Part shown: positions 24,901 to 37,644 of the stretch, one piece after another | Layout: each line of letters opens with the position of its first letter | How positions within the stretch are numbered: position 1 is the first letter of the stretch | Assembly: GCF_020745735.1 (NCBI RefSeq) | Contig: NC_083424.1 | Coordinates: 48,656,999-48,720,998 of the forward strand | Direction: 5' to 3' | From: Hemiscyllium ocellatum | Taxonomy: Eukaryota | Length of the DNA stretch: 64,000 nt | Translations under genes and position numbers: made by a program | The notes under the pieces: model-generated | Told to the model about the DNA's origin: nothing | What the model saw: the letters and a program-made list of their open reading frames with translations, nothing else | Databases searched by the model: none

Positions 24901-25820
24901 AACTGAACATTCATCAGCAGAAATATTCAACAGTTGAGAAGGAGTATTTGAGCTTAGTGTTGGTGTTATGAGATTTCAATGTTTATGTTATCAGTAACAT
25001 ATCTGAGACAATCATATACACTGATCATAACCCATTGATGTCTGTGGAGAAATTTAAGGACAAAAATTCCAGACTGTTTAGATGGGGCTTGTTGTTACAG
25101 CCATTCAGTTTGAAAGTTGCACATATGGAAGGACAAGAAAATATGATTGCTGATGCATTTTCAAGACTTGAAATAGAAACAGAGGCGTTTGATGGCAGGA
25201 GTAAAACAGACTGAAACAGAATGTAATAGTGCATGTTTATAGTCAATGACATGTATGCATGTGTTATAGAGTACTAACAGTTTAGGACTAAGGGGATTTA
25301 AAATTAAGCCATCTTTGGGTATTGATGGTTCATTTTTTTTAAAGGCGGTATATGTGATGATGGTGGTGCTCCTTTAAAAAGTTAATGTTGCGCATGTTTT
25401 TTTAAGAGATCGTAAGAACACAGGTTCAGAAAACGTTTAGGATTGAATGGTTTTATGGTCAGTTTGATTATAGCTAACAAATGCTGCCTCAGGACAAAAG
25501 GCTTTCACGTTTTTGCAAAACAAAAACCTGTACAATGAAAGGGGAGTGGCCAGTTATCCTATCTCAGCTTTGCGCTGGTTAGGGTGGTTAGCAAGCAGTA
25601 GAGTTGGAAGAGATGTTGGACCCAAAAAAGCAGGTCCAAGCCGATCCTCCTCTCTCTGACATCTCCTCTATAAGGTCCTGTACTTGATTTTACCTTTTGT
25701 GCAAAGGCAAGTATTGGAAACAACATCATTAAGTTGGGATATTTGCTGGATTTTTGGATAGGTTATGTTAGTCAGTGTTATGTTCTCTTTTGTTTGCTTT
25801 CATTCGGTAAACTTAGAATA
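21915..25820 (+). mobile_element. Gmr1-type Ty3/gypsy LTR retrotransposon, internally deleted and degraded
   Basis: Diverged LTR pair starting TGTGAT at 21915 and 25353 (latter preceded by ttttttttaaaggcgg, PPT-like); integrase (H..GH..FYWPGL..FCQVCH, rve) at 22583-23300 precedes RT (DYCKMN, LDLLKGYWQ, MPFG) at ~23900-24600 and RNase H (DASD, YSTVEKE) at 24600-25170. Confidence 0.85.
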
Positions 25821-25899
25821 GTTTATTTTTTATTTGTCATTTCTACCATGTATAAGTGAAACAGTAAAAACGGGGCAGCTACATGGACAGCACAAACTA

Positions 25900-27065
25900 T
25901 ACACTCATACGTGGCATAAAGTGCATAAGAAGTGCAAAACACGTAATTTACAGTGCAATAGTAGAATGATAAATAATAGACATTTTTCTTGCAGCAGTTC
26001 GAAGTCGTGCAAAGAATTTCAGATGGGAAAGAGTCCGATTACATCGTGTTAAGAAGCCTGATGGCTTGGGGGAAGAAACTGCTGCACAGTCTGGCTGTGA
26101 GAGACTGAATGCTCTGGTATTTTCTGTCAGACGGCAGAAGAGGGAAAAGTTTGGATGACGAGTATATGAGGTCTTCCACAATGCTCTTAGCCTTTTGGAT
26201 GCAGCATTTGATGTAAATGTCTGCAATGGAGGGAAAAGAGATCCCAATGATCTTCTCAACTGTCCTCACTATCTATAGTAGAGAATGTGATTTGAGATGG
26301 TGCAATTCCCGAATCAGGCAGTGATGTAATAGCTCAAGGGTCTCTCAATGAAGCCTCTGTAGAATGTGATGAGGATGAAGGTTTGGGAGCTGGGCTTTCC
26401 TCAGCCTGTATCGAAAGCAAAGACGCTGCTGGGATTTTTTGGATGTGGAGCTGCTGTTAAGAGTCCAGGTGAGATTCTCCGCCAGATATACACCAAGGAA
26501 TTTGGTGCTCTTCATGATCTCCACGGGAGAGTCATCGATGTGCAGCAGAGAGTAGTTTCGCTGTGCACTCCTATCAACAACCATGTCTTTCGTCTTTCAG
26601 AGAACGTGGTTGCTGGCTGTGCACCTGACCATTAGTGGCTGCACCTCCTCTGTTTGCTGACTCATCATTCATGCTGATGAGACCTTCCACAGTGACATCA
26701 TCAGCGAACTTGGTAATGTGATTCGACCTGTGCATCATTGCACAGTCTTGTGTCAGCAGGGTGAACAGCAGTAGACTGAGCACCCAGCCCTGGAGGGTCC
26801 CGGGCTCAGTGTGATGATATTGGAGATGCTGTTCCCAATCCGGCCCGATTGTGGTCTCCCAATAAGGAAGTCCAGGATCCAGCTACAAAGGGAGGTATTT
26901 AGGTCCAGCAGACACAGCTTTCCAATCAGGTGCTGAAGAATGATGCAGAAGTCTCTGAATAGTAGCCTGATGTACCTGTTCTTCTTCTCCAGTTGGGTGA
27001 AGGCCGAATGGAGGGTAATGGAAATAACATCAACAGTTGAGCGGTTTAGCCGACACACGAACTGC
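25900..27065 (-). mobile_element. Rex1/Babar-like LINE 3' fragment
   Basis: Minus-strand peptides KFADD, STKFLGV.L.ENLTW, SSFFPQAIRLLN. Confidence 0.7.
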
Positions 27066-27229
27066 GAGGTGTTCAGTTTTGTTTAAAAATTTGGTTTTGT
27101 TTAAAAATAGGTGGTTTTGCCAGCTGCATCACTCCTGGATATCTGTGTTACACCTGCAAAAACCAACTCGCAAAGTTAGGGTCTGGGCTACTTTTTGAGA
27201 GGGTTAACACCATTAACTCCAGTTTTGCT

Positions 27230-28170
27230 ACAGCTCATTGGCAACAAACTCAATGAAATGCGGCCTTGATGTTAATAGCTGTCATTCTCACCTCAATTCT
27301 GAAATTCGGCTTCTTGTCCGTATTTGAACCAAAGTTGTAATGAGGTCAGGGGCTGAGTTAGTCTGGCAGTTAAACAGGGCGTGTTCATGAGCAGCTTATT
27401 GCTAAGCAAGTGCTGCCTGATGGCACTGTTGGTGACACATTCTATCATTTCACTGATGATCAATAGCAAACTGATGAAATGGGAATTGACCAGGGTAGCA
27501 TTCGTCCTGATGTTTGTGTAGAGGACATACCTGGGCAATTGTCCACATTGCTGAGTAAAAGCTACTCTTGTAGCTGTGCTGTAATAGGTTGTCTAAAGGC
27601 GCTACAAGTTCTGGAGTACAAGTCTTCAGCACAATTGCCTGAATCATATCAGGGCCACTGACATTGCAGTACCCAGTGTCTCCATCAGTTTCATGATATC
27701 ACGTGAAGTGAATCAAATTGGCTGAAATCTGGCATCTGTGATTCTGTGACCTCTAAAGAAGGCCGAGGTAGATCATCCACTCAGCACTCTCAGATGAAGG
27801 TTGTTACTAATGCTTCAGCATAATGAATTGCACTAATGTGTTGGACTGTTCAATCAGTGAGGATAGGATATTTGTGGAGTCTCCACCTCAATGAGTTATT
27901 TAATTGCCTATTATTATGGACAACTGGATGTGGCAACAGTGCACAGCTTACACCTGAACCGTTAATTGTGAGATCACTTAGCTCTGTCTATCACTTGCAG
28001 CTTATGCTGTTTGTCGATCAATTAGTCCTGACTTGGAGCACCATCGGGTTGATACCTCATTTTGAGGTATTGTGATTTGCTCCTGCCATGTCGTACTGCA
28101 ATCTTCATTGAGTGGATGCTGGTGCCAAATGTAAGAGATCTGAAGTATTTCGGTAAAACAACATCCTGGC
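27230..28170 (-). mobile_element. CR1-like LINE fragment
   Basis: AIVLKTCTPEL..PL..L.Q.SY....Y...W.IAQVCPLHK RT-region motif on the minus strand. Confidence 0.65.
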
Positions 28171-30339
28171 CAGGTCAGTCTCATGGATCACATTAATCAG
28201 ATAACATCCTGGATGCTACCATTTTATTTTCTGTCATGTCCTACCAATAATTGCAGCCGAGGTGATGGTACCACATAGTATGCAGTCAGGAGGGAGTTGC
28301 TCTTAACAACATGAACAGTTGTTTAAGTCTTTAACAGTTAGTTCTAATTCTATGAAATCTCATGACATCATGAGAACGATGTGCAAGGCTATCTCCTGTT
28401 ATTTCTCTTGTAGCCTTTCTCATCTATCCCCATCATGAATCAATTAGCCCCCATTTTGACTTCATTTAAATGATGCATTGAATGTGGCAAAGGCACAGAA
28501 CAGATTCATGCTGGGCTGCTTTAATATTACTAACCAAAAGTGGATCTATGGCGCCACTGTTGCTTGAGCTGGCCAAGTCCTAAAGGATATAACTGGTCGA
28601 CTAGATCTGTTGCAGGCGGTCAGGAAACTAAGGGAGAAACGCATATAGATCCCATCACCAACACTTTCATAAGAGATGCAGTCCTTGTGAAATCGATCCT
28701 TTATGCTAAGGATACCATTTATCCTGTAATATGATCCAACAAATGTGATGAAATGGTATTAGTTTTGATCTACTAACTCAGGACTGAGCATCTGTGTGTC
28801 TGTATGGATCATGAGAAGCAGCAGAATTATATTCAATCAGAATCTGTAATGTGATTGATAGCAGTTTGACCCAGCATATCTCCTTTTCTCCGACCAATAT
28901 CAAGTCAGGAGATCAACTCTCACATAATCCAGAATTCAACAGAGCCAAAGCTAGCACCTTGCATACCTAAAGAAAAGGTGTCAATGTAACCAAACCATTG
29001 CACAAGACGGCGTTCATGCCAAGTATGTGATTGACAGAACTAAACAATATCCCAACTAACTGAGCAAATCTAAGCTCTGAAATCCAAACATACCAAGCCC
29101 TGAATGATTTTCAACAGCTAAACAACTAACTGGAGGATGTCAGATCATAAATAGCCCCACCTTTAGCCTAGGATGATCAGTGCAAATTATTATGGCAATG
29201 CATCTCTCATCAAAAGCATTAACTTGACAGTCAATCTCAGTCCCATTCTGAAGTTCTTAGCGTCACAGATGATAGTCATCCGTCAATTTTATTTACTCTG
29301 TGTAAGATCAAATAATCGATCATTGTCACATGTCCCCAAAGGGTTAACTGAAAAGTTTATAAGTGGCCACTTACAACGCCATGTCAGGTACACGGATACA
29401 TAGTTACAATCCCCAGTTACAGATTAGAGAAGAAAACAAAGTTACATTATAGCTGTACAACGTGATAATAGACCAGAAAAAAAGCAAGAGAAAAAGTTAG
29501 AAAGATAAACATCACAGTTGCCCTTCGAAGGCTCTCCGCAGCAGTCCAATGCAGGGGACCTCCAAGTGGTTTGACTGCTGGCTGCTGACAGGCTCCACAC
29601 TAGGCCATTATCTCCACGCGGCACTGAGCCCCTGATCCCGAGCGTCCCCATTCTGCCTGCTGCTCGCAGGCGTTCCCGTTCCTTCCGCTGGAGTCTCAGC
29701 TGCCCCGCTTTGAAAGCAGAGAGTCAGAGGCCGAGTGACCAAGACTGAGAGAAGGGAGAACAGAGGGAGAAAAAATGAAAAAGAATATGTGGAGCGGGAG
29801 AGCTCCGGCTGGAGATTCCTACTCCGCCGCTATTTTACTGTTTGGCTAAAGAACAGGATACAGGAAAGTCAATTGGCTTTGAGAATATTCCAAGAATAGT
29901 ATGTTTTTTAAAAAATAATACCGACCCCATCCAAGGTACGCTGTTCTAGTATAGCTGGAACAACGGAATTTACCGCACAATGTGCCCAACTATAGCTTGT
30001 GTGCTCAAAGTAGGCATATCCAACATGGGCAATTAGAGTCCAGTAATAAACTCTTAGCTATTAGCAAACTGATGGAATGTGCCATGAAGAAACATTTTTT
30101 CAGGATGAACCAGATGACTGACGTTCATTTTGGGTTCCTACGTAAAGCCTTTGTCCAAGCGTTGACGTTTTGTGAACACAGCATCATAGAGAATGATTGT
30201 GCTTGACATCAAAGCGTTATCTGACCAAGTGAGGCTTGAGGAACATATACTCGGGGTCAGTCAGAGTCAGGGTAAAAGGCTGGATAAACTATGTTAAATG
30301 ACAGAGGAGAAAGTGAGGGTTGCAGACGCTAGCGAGTCA

Positions 30340-30712
30340 GAAGCAAAAAGTGTGGTGCTGGAAAAGCACAACAGGTCAGACACCATCCAAGGAGCAGGAC
30401 AGTCAATGAATGGCATAAACCTTTCCTCAGGAATGTTGATGGTGTGAGGGTAGGGGGTTGAGACATATGCGGTGGTGGGAGGAGGCTGAGAAATGGAGGA
30501 GGATAAATTCTTCATGGTGGGAATCCTTGGAAGAGGCTTTGCAGTCAGGTTTTCAGCAACTAGGAGGAAGTGAGGACTGCACATGTTGGAGAGTTAAAGA
30601 AAAAAACGCCCTTGTCCCTCCACATTCCTGATGAAGGGCTTATGCCCGAAACATCGACTCACCTGCTTTCTGGATGCTGCCTGACCAGCTGTGCTTTTCC
30701 AGCACCACACGT
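30340..30712. mobile_element. Penelope-derived element with inverted ends
   Basis: gtgtggtgctggaaaagcac at the left and gtgcttttccagcaccacac at the right, i.e. Penelope terminal sequence in opposite orientations. Confidence 0.65.
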
Positions 30713-32059
30713 TTTGACTATGTTAATTAACAGAATCAACAGATCAAGCTCAAGGTATGAGTTGTGCTCCTCCTGTGCAGCTATAACCTTGTCTGCCTTC
30801 CTGTGACTGAGCACACTATGACCTCCATACCACTGTTTGCTATGATCTGTCTGTACTGATCGCAGAACAAAAGATTTTCCCTGTACTAGGTGCCTGTGTC
30901 GACAAAAAAAATCAAATCAATTGCAAGGATGTGTTCAAAGACACTCTCATGACTCGCAAATAGTTGTAGCTTTGGTACACAAAATACCGTTACACGTGCC
31001 ATTCAGGACGAAAATCTATTTTCATTACCTTCGTATACTTCACATGTTCTAGCTGCCAACTAAATGCTTAATGTTAGTTGTTCATGAACCCAAACGGTTT
31101 AAAAAATACAACCTTGTTATAGTTAAGCGTGGTAGATTTATTTAAAGCTAAATTCTACCTAAAAGCATTGGAAAGTTAACATATTTTTCTAATAAAATTA
31201 CATTGCACTTAAAATGATTAATTTTATAATTAGCTATTCCTGAAAGGCATGTAATGTTCTGACTGGCCCGAAAGTGCAATTGTAACTAGTTTTCGGGTCT
31301 TTAACTAAGATTTAGCTCAGAAATGTCATGATCCTTTGCTAGAGGTTTATTGGCTTGTACGCATATGATTTTGAATTGTGTCATGAAACCATTCAGGACT
31401 CCCGCTATCTTTGGGAGTCCGGTGTACCTGAATTGCACCTCATCTTAACAAATTACAGACTCAGAGTGGGTTTTTTCCTTTATTGCTGACAGGTTATCAA
31501 AGAGGAAATAAGGTTATTCTATCTGCCTTCCATTTTCTGCTCTCAGACATATGTCCAAGGTAATATTCAGTGTCTCTCTCAACAATTTTCCACACTGCCA
31601 CTATTCTTCTTCATCCTTTTCATCCATGTTGTCCCTTATATAATGGTCTGTTTTTGTCTTTCATTTTGTTTCATCCTTCAAGGGGAAACATCTCCACTGG
31701 CTATAATCATGCTGAGCATAAAGAAGATAGTTGCAGTTGTTGAAGGTCAGTCATCTCAACCACAGGATGTCATTGCAGGAGTACCTGGGGATTCTGTCTT
31801 TGGTTCACTTATCTTCAGCTACTTGATAAATGATCTGCCCTCCATCATAATGATCAAACAATGTGCAACGTCATTCCAGTCAATTTCAAAACAGACTACA
31901 CACGTACACAGTAAGAGCCGGATAGTATTTCAACTGCAATGTTAAGCTCCATTACTGCATTTTTACATTCCTCTGTATTTTATAATGTTTAACGTTATGA
32001 ATTGGAAATAAACGTCGCAATTGCAAAGTTAGATTGACCAAATATCTTTATTTCATCAG

Positions 32060-32324
32060 GTTCGAACGGAATGCCTGTCCTGACTCAGCCAGGATCCATC
32101 TCAAAATCCCCAGGGAAAACTGTAAAGGCCACCTGCACCATGTCGGGAGGCAGCCTCGGGAGCGATGGGGTTCAGTCAGGTATTCCATATCGTTTCAGTG
32201 GGTCCATGCACTCATCGAGTAACAAGATGCACTTAACCAAAACAATCTGCAATCAGAGGATGCCTCCAATTATTATTGTAATGGGGAAGGACTTTCGAGA
32301 GAGGACCTAAGCTGAACCTGGGCA
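32060..32324 (+). pseudogene. Germline-joined pseudo-VJ exon of a third (dead) light-chain cluster
   Basis: tttcatcAG acceptor; [57 protein letters not shown]; 21 codons (Trp41, FR2, CDR2) missing; -1 frameshift in FR3; EDASNYYC; out-of-frame junction; J-like [11 protein letters not shown] then A|GTAAGT donor. Confidence 0.88.
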
Positions 32325-32884
32325 GTAAGTGAATTATTGATCATCTGAAAATTGGAATTCGGAATTAACCAACGTTCGATTGTGATTATTTGTTTTCAGT
32401 CGCAAATCTCTAAATCCACAAGCACGAGTGTGGAGTTATTCTCAGTCATCCCGCGATTATTTTTCGTATTCAAATCATTGCATTTCCTCGGTGCAGAGGC
32501 GCACGTCAAAAATGTTTTACAAACACTTGGCAAATTGACATTTTGTAAATCAGAAGGATTTCTCTCACTTGCTTTCATTGAGAACTTATGAATCGCTGAT
32601 GTTCAGGGGACAGCAAGATACCTGCAGTCCAAGTTACTGCGCATGTCCTGACCCTGCATCGATATTGTATTAAGATGACATTGGCGCTGCGAGCTTTGCG
32701 TTGTGAGACAACCTAAAGGAATCCAGTTCCACTCGAACCTTATATCATACTGAAAATGTTCGGAACGACAAGCCATTCCTGCGCAGGGAGATGAAAACCA
32801 CATTATTGCTGACAGAGTCAGTGTTTTGAGGCAAGTGTTTACGTCAGGAATTGTTCGGTCCGCATTGTCGTCGCTGAAAGAGTA

Positions 32885-33017
32885 TTCCTGATGAAGGGCT
32901 TATGCTCGAAACGTCGAATTCTCTATTCCTGAGATGCTGCCTGGCCTGCTGTGCTTTGACCAGCAACACATTTGCAGCTGTGATCTCCAGCATCTGCAGA
33001 CCTCATTTTTTACTTTA
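32885..33017. mobile_element. Short Penelope-end insertion with an 11-bp target-site duplication
   Basis: ttcctgatgaagggctt..cgaaacgtcg..gatgctgcctggcctgctgtg body flanked by CTGAAAGAGTA at 32874-32884 and 33018-33028. Confidence 0.7.
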
Positions 33018-34129
33018 CTGAAAGAGTACTATCAACTAACTACGGTAGTGCTGAGAAAGGACGCAGACATGTTTTTTAAAACAGCGAATGAGAGTGTTGG
33101 AAAAATTGATCCAAAGGATACAGTCAGACTTCTTTGATGAATACAAATTCTGTGATTCAACCCCATGGGGCCTTATAGATGTTACATCTGTGGCTTTCAT
33201 AGCCCCACTCCAAAAACTGCAAACATTTCTGAAAATGTTCGTGCGATGCGTTTCCATTCCACTGAAAGCAGCACCGAGATTGAAGCGCCGTTCTTAATAT
33301 GAGCCTCGGGAACTACAATATGACGCTTTGCTGCAACTCCCTCTCGCTCTTCTCTCCGCAGGGAAAGCCGTTTAGTGCAAGATTCGCAACCTTACCTTTC
33401 ACAACAATCTCCATTACTACAGAGAACTTTGTTTTTGCGCTGGGCTCAGTCACTAATGATCAACGGAGATCCAGTTCTGTACTGACGCAGCCACAGCCAG
33501 GGTAGTTATTTCTTAGTCATTCATCGGACGTGTCCGTCCAATTGCTCGTTTGTGTCTGAGAATAGGTTTTGTTAACCATTGCCGCTGTACCTGCACTCTC
33601 TCAAGCGTTGCTGAATGCGTAATCTGTGACAATAAATTATTCGCAGAAAATGTCGATAATCTAACATTGTGTGTAATAATCATTATTTGGCTGTACAGGG
33701 TGAAACGGGCGAAGGTGCAATGTATAAACGAAATCTTCCTTTGTCACATTTGTTCTTTTTCTCGATACATCTCTAGCACATATTTCAAGAGAAAGAGGAT
33801 TTACTGTAAAATATTTCGAATTTTTATAATCCTGTGAACAGATGATTTAGAATTTTGCTGAATAGTCTCGCGGGTCTCCTTCTATTTCGGTGTCAGAATA
33901 TTCAGTTAAACACCAATTGTCCAGTGATTGTGACAATTGAAACTGATGACACTTACTTAATCACTCGCAGTTTCAACTCGTACATTTTTACTATGTACAT
34001 GTCAAGGTGAATCGTTCAGAATGCGAATAGATTGTTCATGTGAGACGGGCAAATTTGATGCTGTGATGTAACTGGCATCAAAACTCAGTGTCAGAACCAA
34101 TTGTCGCGGTTCAGAGTCTAGATTAACAA

Positions 34130-35727
34130 TTAGAAAACGTGTTTTTGGGTTCCTTTATCTGGAATCATAGACGGCCCCTCATTAAGCTAAAGAAGCTACA
34201 GCTTCCACAGGCAAGGGGAGGACTGGACTTCCCAGACTTTAGGAAATATCAGTGAAGTTCCCTATTAAGTTACATAGCTGATTGGGTCTTGTTTGATCCA
34301 CAATCAATCTGGCTGGACATCGAGGCCTCTCAAGTAAAATACCCACTTATTAGCCTCTTATTTTCAGACAAGAGGAAAATCATTACAGATCACTGTAAAA
34401 ACCCCATAATACTAAACATAATTAAGGCTTGGAATATAATGCGGCAAAATGAGGGTAATTTACATAAAACATCCCCCTATGCACCGATAGTAGGAGCATG
34501 GGGATTCCAACCGGGGTTTACAGATGCCACTTTTAAACTCTGGAGATCCAGGGGTATCTCATGTTTAGGGGACCTATTTAAAGATGGGGTCCTCATGTCT
34601 TTTGAACAGCAGCATCAGAAATTCGGATTACCTAATGGAGACCTCTTTCGATACTTCCAAATTCGAGATTATATACAGAAGAAGACTACGTTATTAGATA
34701 GTCTTTATAAATCAGATAGAGAATGTAATGTCCTACGACCAGTGGAGGTATCCTCCGTCAGCACTATTTATCATTTACTACATGATGAAGTATCGGGAGA
34801 TATGGACAATCTGTTAAAACATGGGATCAGGATTTGGGACTAGAAATCTCTATAGAAATGTGGAATGATATTTGGGGAAATGCTAGAAGAATTACTATCT
34901 GTAACAGAACCCAGGCTATCCAGCTGAAGATACTTCATAGGGCCAATATAGCACGGGCTCGATTGGCAAAATTTAAGTCAGGAGCATCTCCAATGTGTCC
35001 CAAATGCAAAATAGATGTGGGCACTCTTGTACATTGCCTATGGACTTGTCATAAGATCCGTAGATATTGCACTAAAGTAGCAAGTACCCAGACAGAAATT
35101 TTAGGAACGGAAATTAGAGTGGACCCTATCCTTTTGGGCTTTTCGAACTTTCCCTCCCTGGATATGCACGGGAAGAGACTATTTTCTATTCTCTCTTTCT
35201 GTGCAAGGAAAAATATTTTGGTGAGCTGGGTGGCTGAGGACCCCCCTGGACTTTCAAATTGGCATAGATTAATTATGGAATGTATTCCCCTTGACTTCCT
35301 TACAAATATGGTGATCCGAAAGACTGAATTATTTTATAAAATATGGCAGCCCTTCTTGAATTACATAAATGCAGATATTTCGGCCATCCTAACAAGGGCT
35401 TTTATTTAATGGAGATTACAAACCTGGCTGCTCCGGGGCCCCTTAGGAGAGGAATCCCGCATCAATACGGGTTTTATTACATTTGATGTTAATACATTCC
35501 AAGCATGTAAGAGACTCAAGTATACACTTTGGTTAGTTGTAGGTTAGATTGGTAGAAAGTTGACTTTTGTTTTTTTTCCTATTTCGGTATTTTTTTCCTT
35601 TGTTAAATTTTGACTATTGTATATTTGATTTAATTGTATATCAATGTTTGTATTTGAGAGTTTTGTTTATTTTTCTAAACTTGTAAAAATGTTAAATTTC
35701 TAATAAAAATATCTTGATTAAAAAAAG
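34130..35727 (+). mobile_element. L1/Tx1-like LINE, 5'-truncated, with A-rich tail
   Basis: KLQLP...GGLDFPDF, QLKILHR, CPKC...GTLVHCLWTC zinc-knuckle region; AATAAA and A-run near 35702-35727. Confidence 0.8.
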
Positions 35728-35821
35728 TGTTTTAATTCTTGCTTCAGATTAAGTAAACCACGTCACTCCATATTTGTCGCTGGTCTTAGTCAGTGCTAAG
35801 GGAAATTTATAAATACAGGAT

Positions 35822-37644
35822 ATAAGACCATAAGACATAGGAGTGGAAGTAAGGCCATTCGGCCCATCGAGTCCACTCCGCCATTTAATCATGGCTGATG
35901 GGCATTTCAACTCCACTTACCCGCATTCTCCCCATAGTCCTTAATTCCTAGTGAAATCAAGAATTTATCAATCTGCCTTGAAGACATTTAGCGCCCCTGC
36001 CTCCACTGCACTCCGCGGCAATGAATTCCACAGGCCCACCACTCTCGGCTGAAGAAATGTCTCCGCATTTCTGTTCTGAATTGACCCCCTCTAATTTTAA
36101 GGCTGAGCCCACGGGTCCTAGTCTCCCCGCCTAACGGAAACAATTTCTGAGCGCCCACCCTTTCCAAGCCATGCATTATCTTGTAAGTTTCTATTAGATC
36201 TCCCCTTAACCTTCTAAACTCCAATGAGTACAATCCCAGGATCCTCAGTCATTCTTCGTATGCTAGACCTACCATTCCAAGGATCATCTGTGTGAATCTC
36301 TGCTGGACACGCTCCAGTGCCAGTATTTCACTCCTGAGATGTGGGGCCCAAATCTGGATACAGTACTCCAAATCGGGACTAACCAGAGCTTTATAAAGTC
36401 TCAGTACCACATCGCTGCTTTTATATTCCAACCCTCTTGAGATAAATGACAACATTGCATTCGCTTTCTTAATCATGGATTCAACCTGCATGTTTACCTT
36501 TTGAGAATCCTCGACTAGCACTCACAGATCCCTTTGTACTTTGGCTTTATGCATTTTCTCACCGTTTAGAAAGTAGTCCATGCTTGTATTCTTCCCTCCA
36601 AAGTGCAAGACCTCGCATTTGCTCACATTGAACTTCATCAACCATTTCCTGGACCACTCTCCCAAACTGACTAGATCCTTCTGCAGCCTCCCCACTTCCT
36701 CAGTACTACCTGCCTGTCCACCTTTCTTCATACCATCGGCAAACTTGGCTAGAATGCCCCCAGTCCATTCATCCAGATCATTAATATATAACCTGAACAG
36801 CTGCGGCCCCAACACTGGACCCTGTGGGACACCGCTTGTCACCGGCTGCCATTCCAAAAAAGAACCTCTTACCCCAGCTCTCTGCCTTCTGTCAGACAGC
36901 CAATCCTCAATCTATGGCAGTAGCTCACCTTGAACACCATGGACCCTCACCTTACTCAGCAGCCGCCCGTGTGGCACCTTATCAAAGCATTTTGGAAGTC
37001 TAGATAGACCACATCCACTCGGTTTCCCTGGTCTAACCTACTTGTCACCTCTTCAAAGAACTCTAACAGGTTTGTCAGGCACAACCTGCCCTTACTAAAT
37101 CCATGTTGACTTGTTAGAATCCGACCCTGCTCTTCCAAGAATTTAGAAACTTCAGCCTTAACGATGGATTCTAGAATTTTACCAACAACCGAGGTTAGGT
37201 TAATTGGCCTATAATTTTCCATCTTTTATCTTGATCCTTTCTTGAACAATGGGGTTACAACAGCGGTCTTCTAATCATCCGGGACTTTCCCTAACTCCAG
37301 TGACTTTTGAAAGGTCTCAACCAGCGCCTCTGCTATTTCCTCAGCCACCTTCCTCAGAACTCTAGGATGTAGCCCATCAGGGCCAGGAGATTTGTCAATT
37401 TTAAGACCTTTTAGCTTTTCTAGCACTACCTCTTTTGTAATCGCAACCATACTGAACTCAGCCCCCTGACTCCCTTTAATTGTTGGAATATTACTCATGT
37501 CTTCCACTGTGAAGACTGACGCAAAGTACCTATTAAGTTCTCCAGCTATTTCCTTATCTCCCATCACGAGCCTTCCAGCATCAGTTTGAAATGGCCCAAT
37601 GTCTACTTTTGCCTGTCGTTTGTTTCTTATGTATTGAAAGAAAG
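35822..37644 (-). mobile_element. CR1 LINE 3' portion (RT)
   Basis: DKSPGPDGLHPRVL, NYRPINLTSVVGK, SGVPQGPVLGP, KFAD; (cataaga)n-type tail at the left end. Confidence 0.88.

Noticed and set aside
34289-35409. 184- and 191-aa ORFs as a cellular gene
   Set aside because: They are consecutive frameshifted pieces of an L1-like ORF2 C-terminus followed by an A-rich tail
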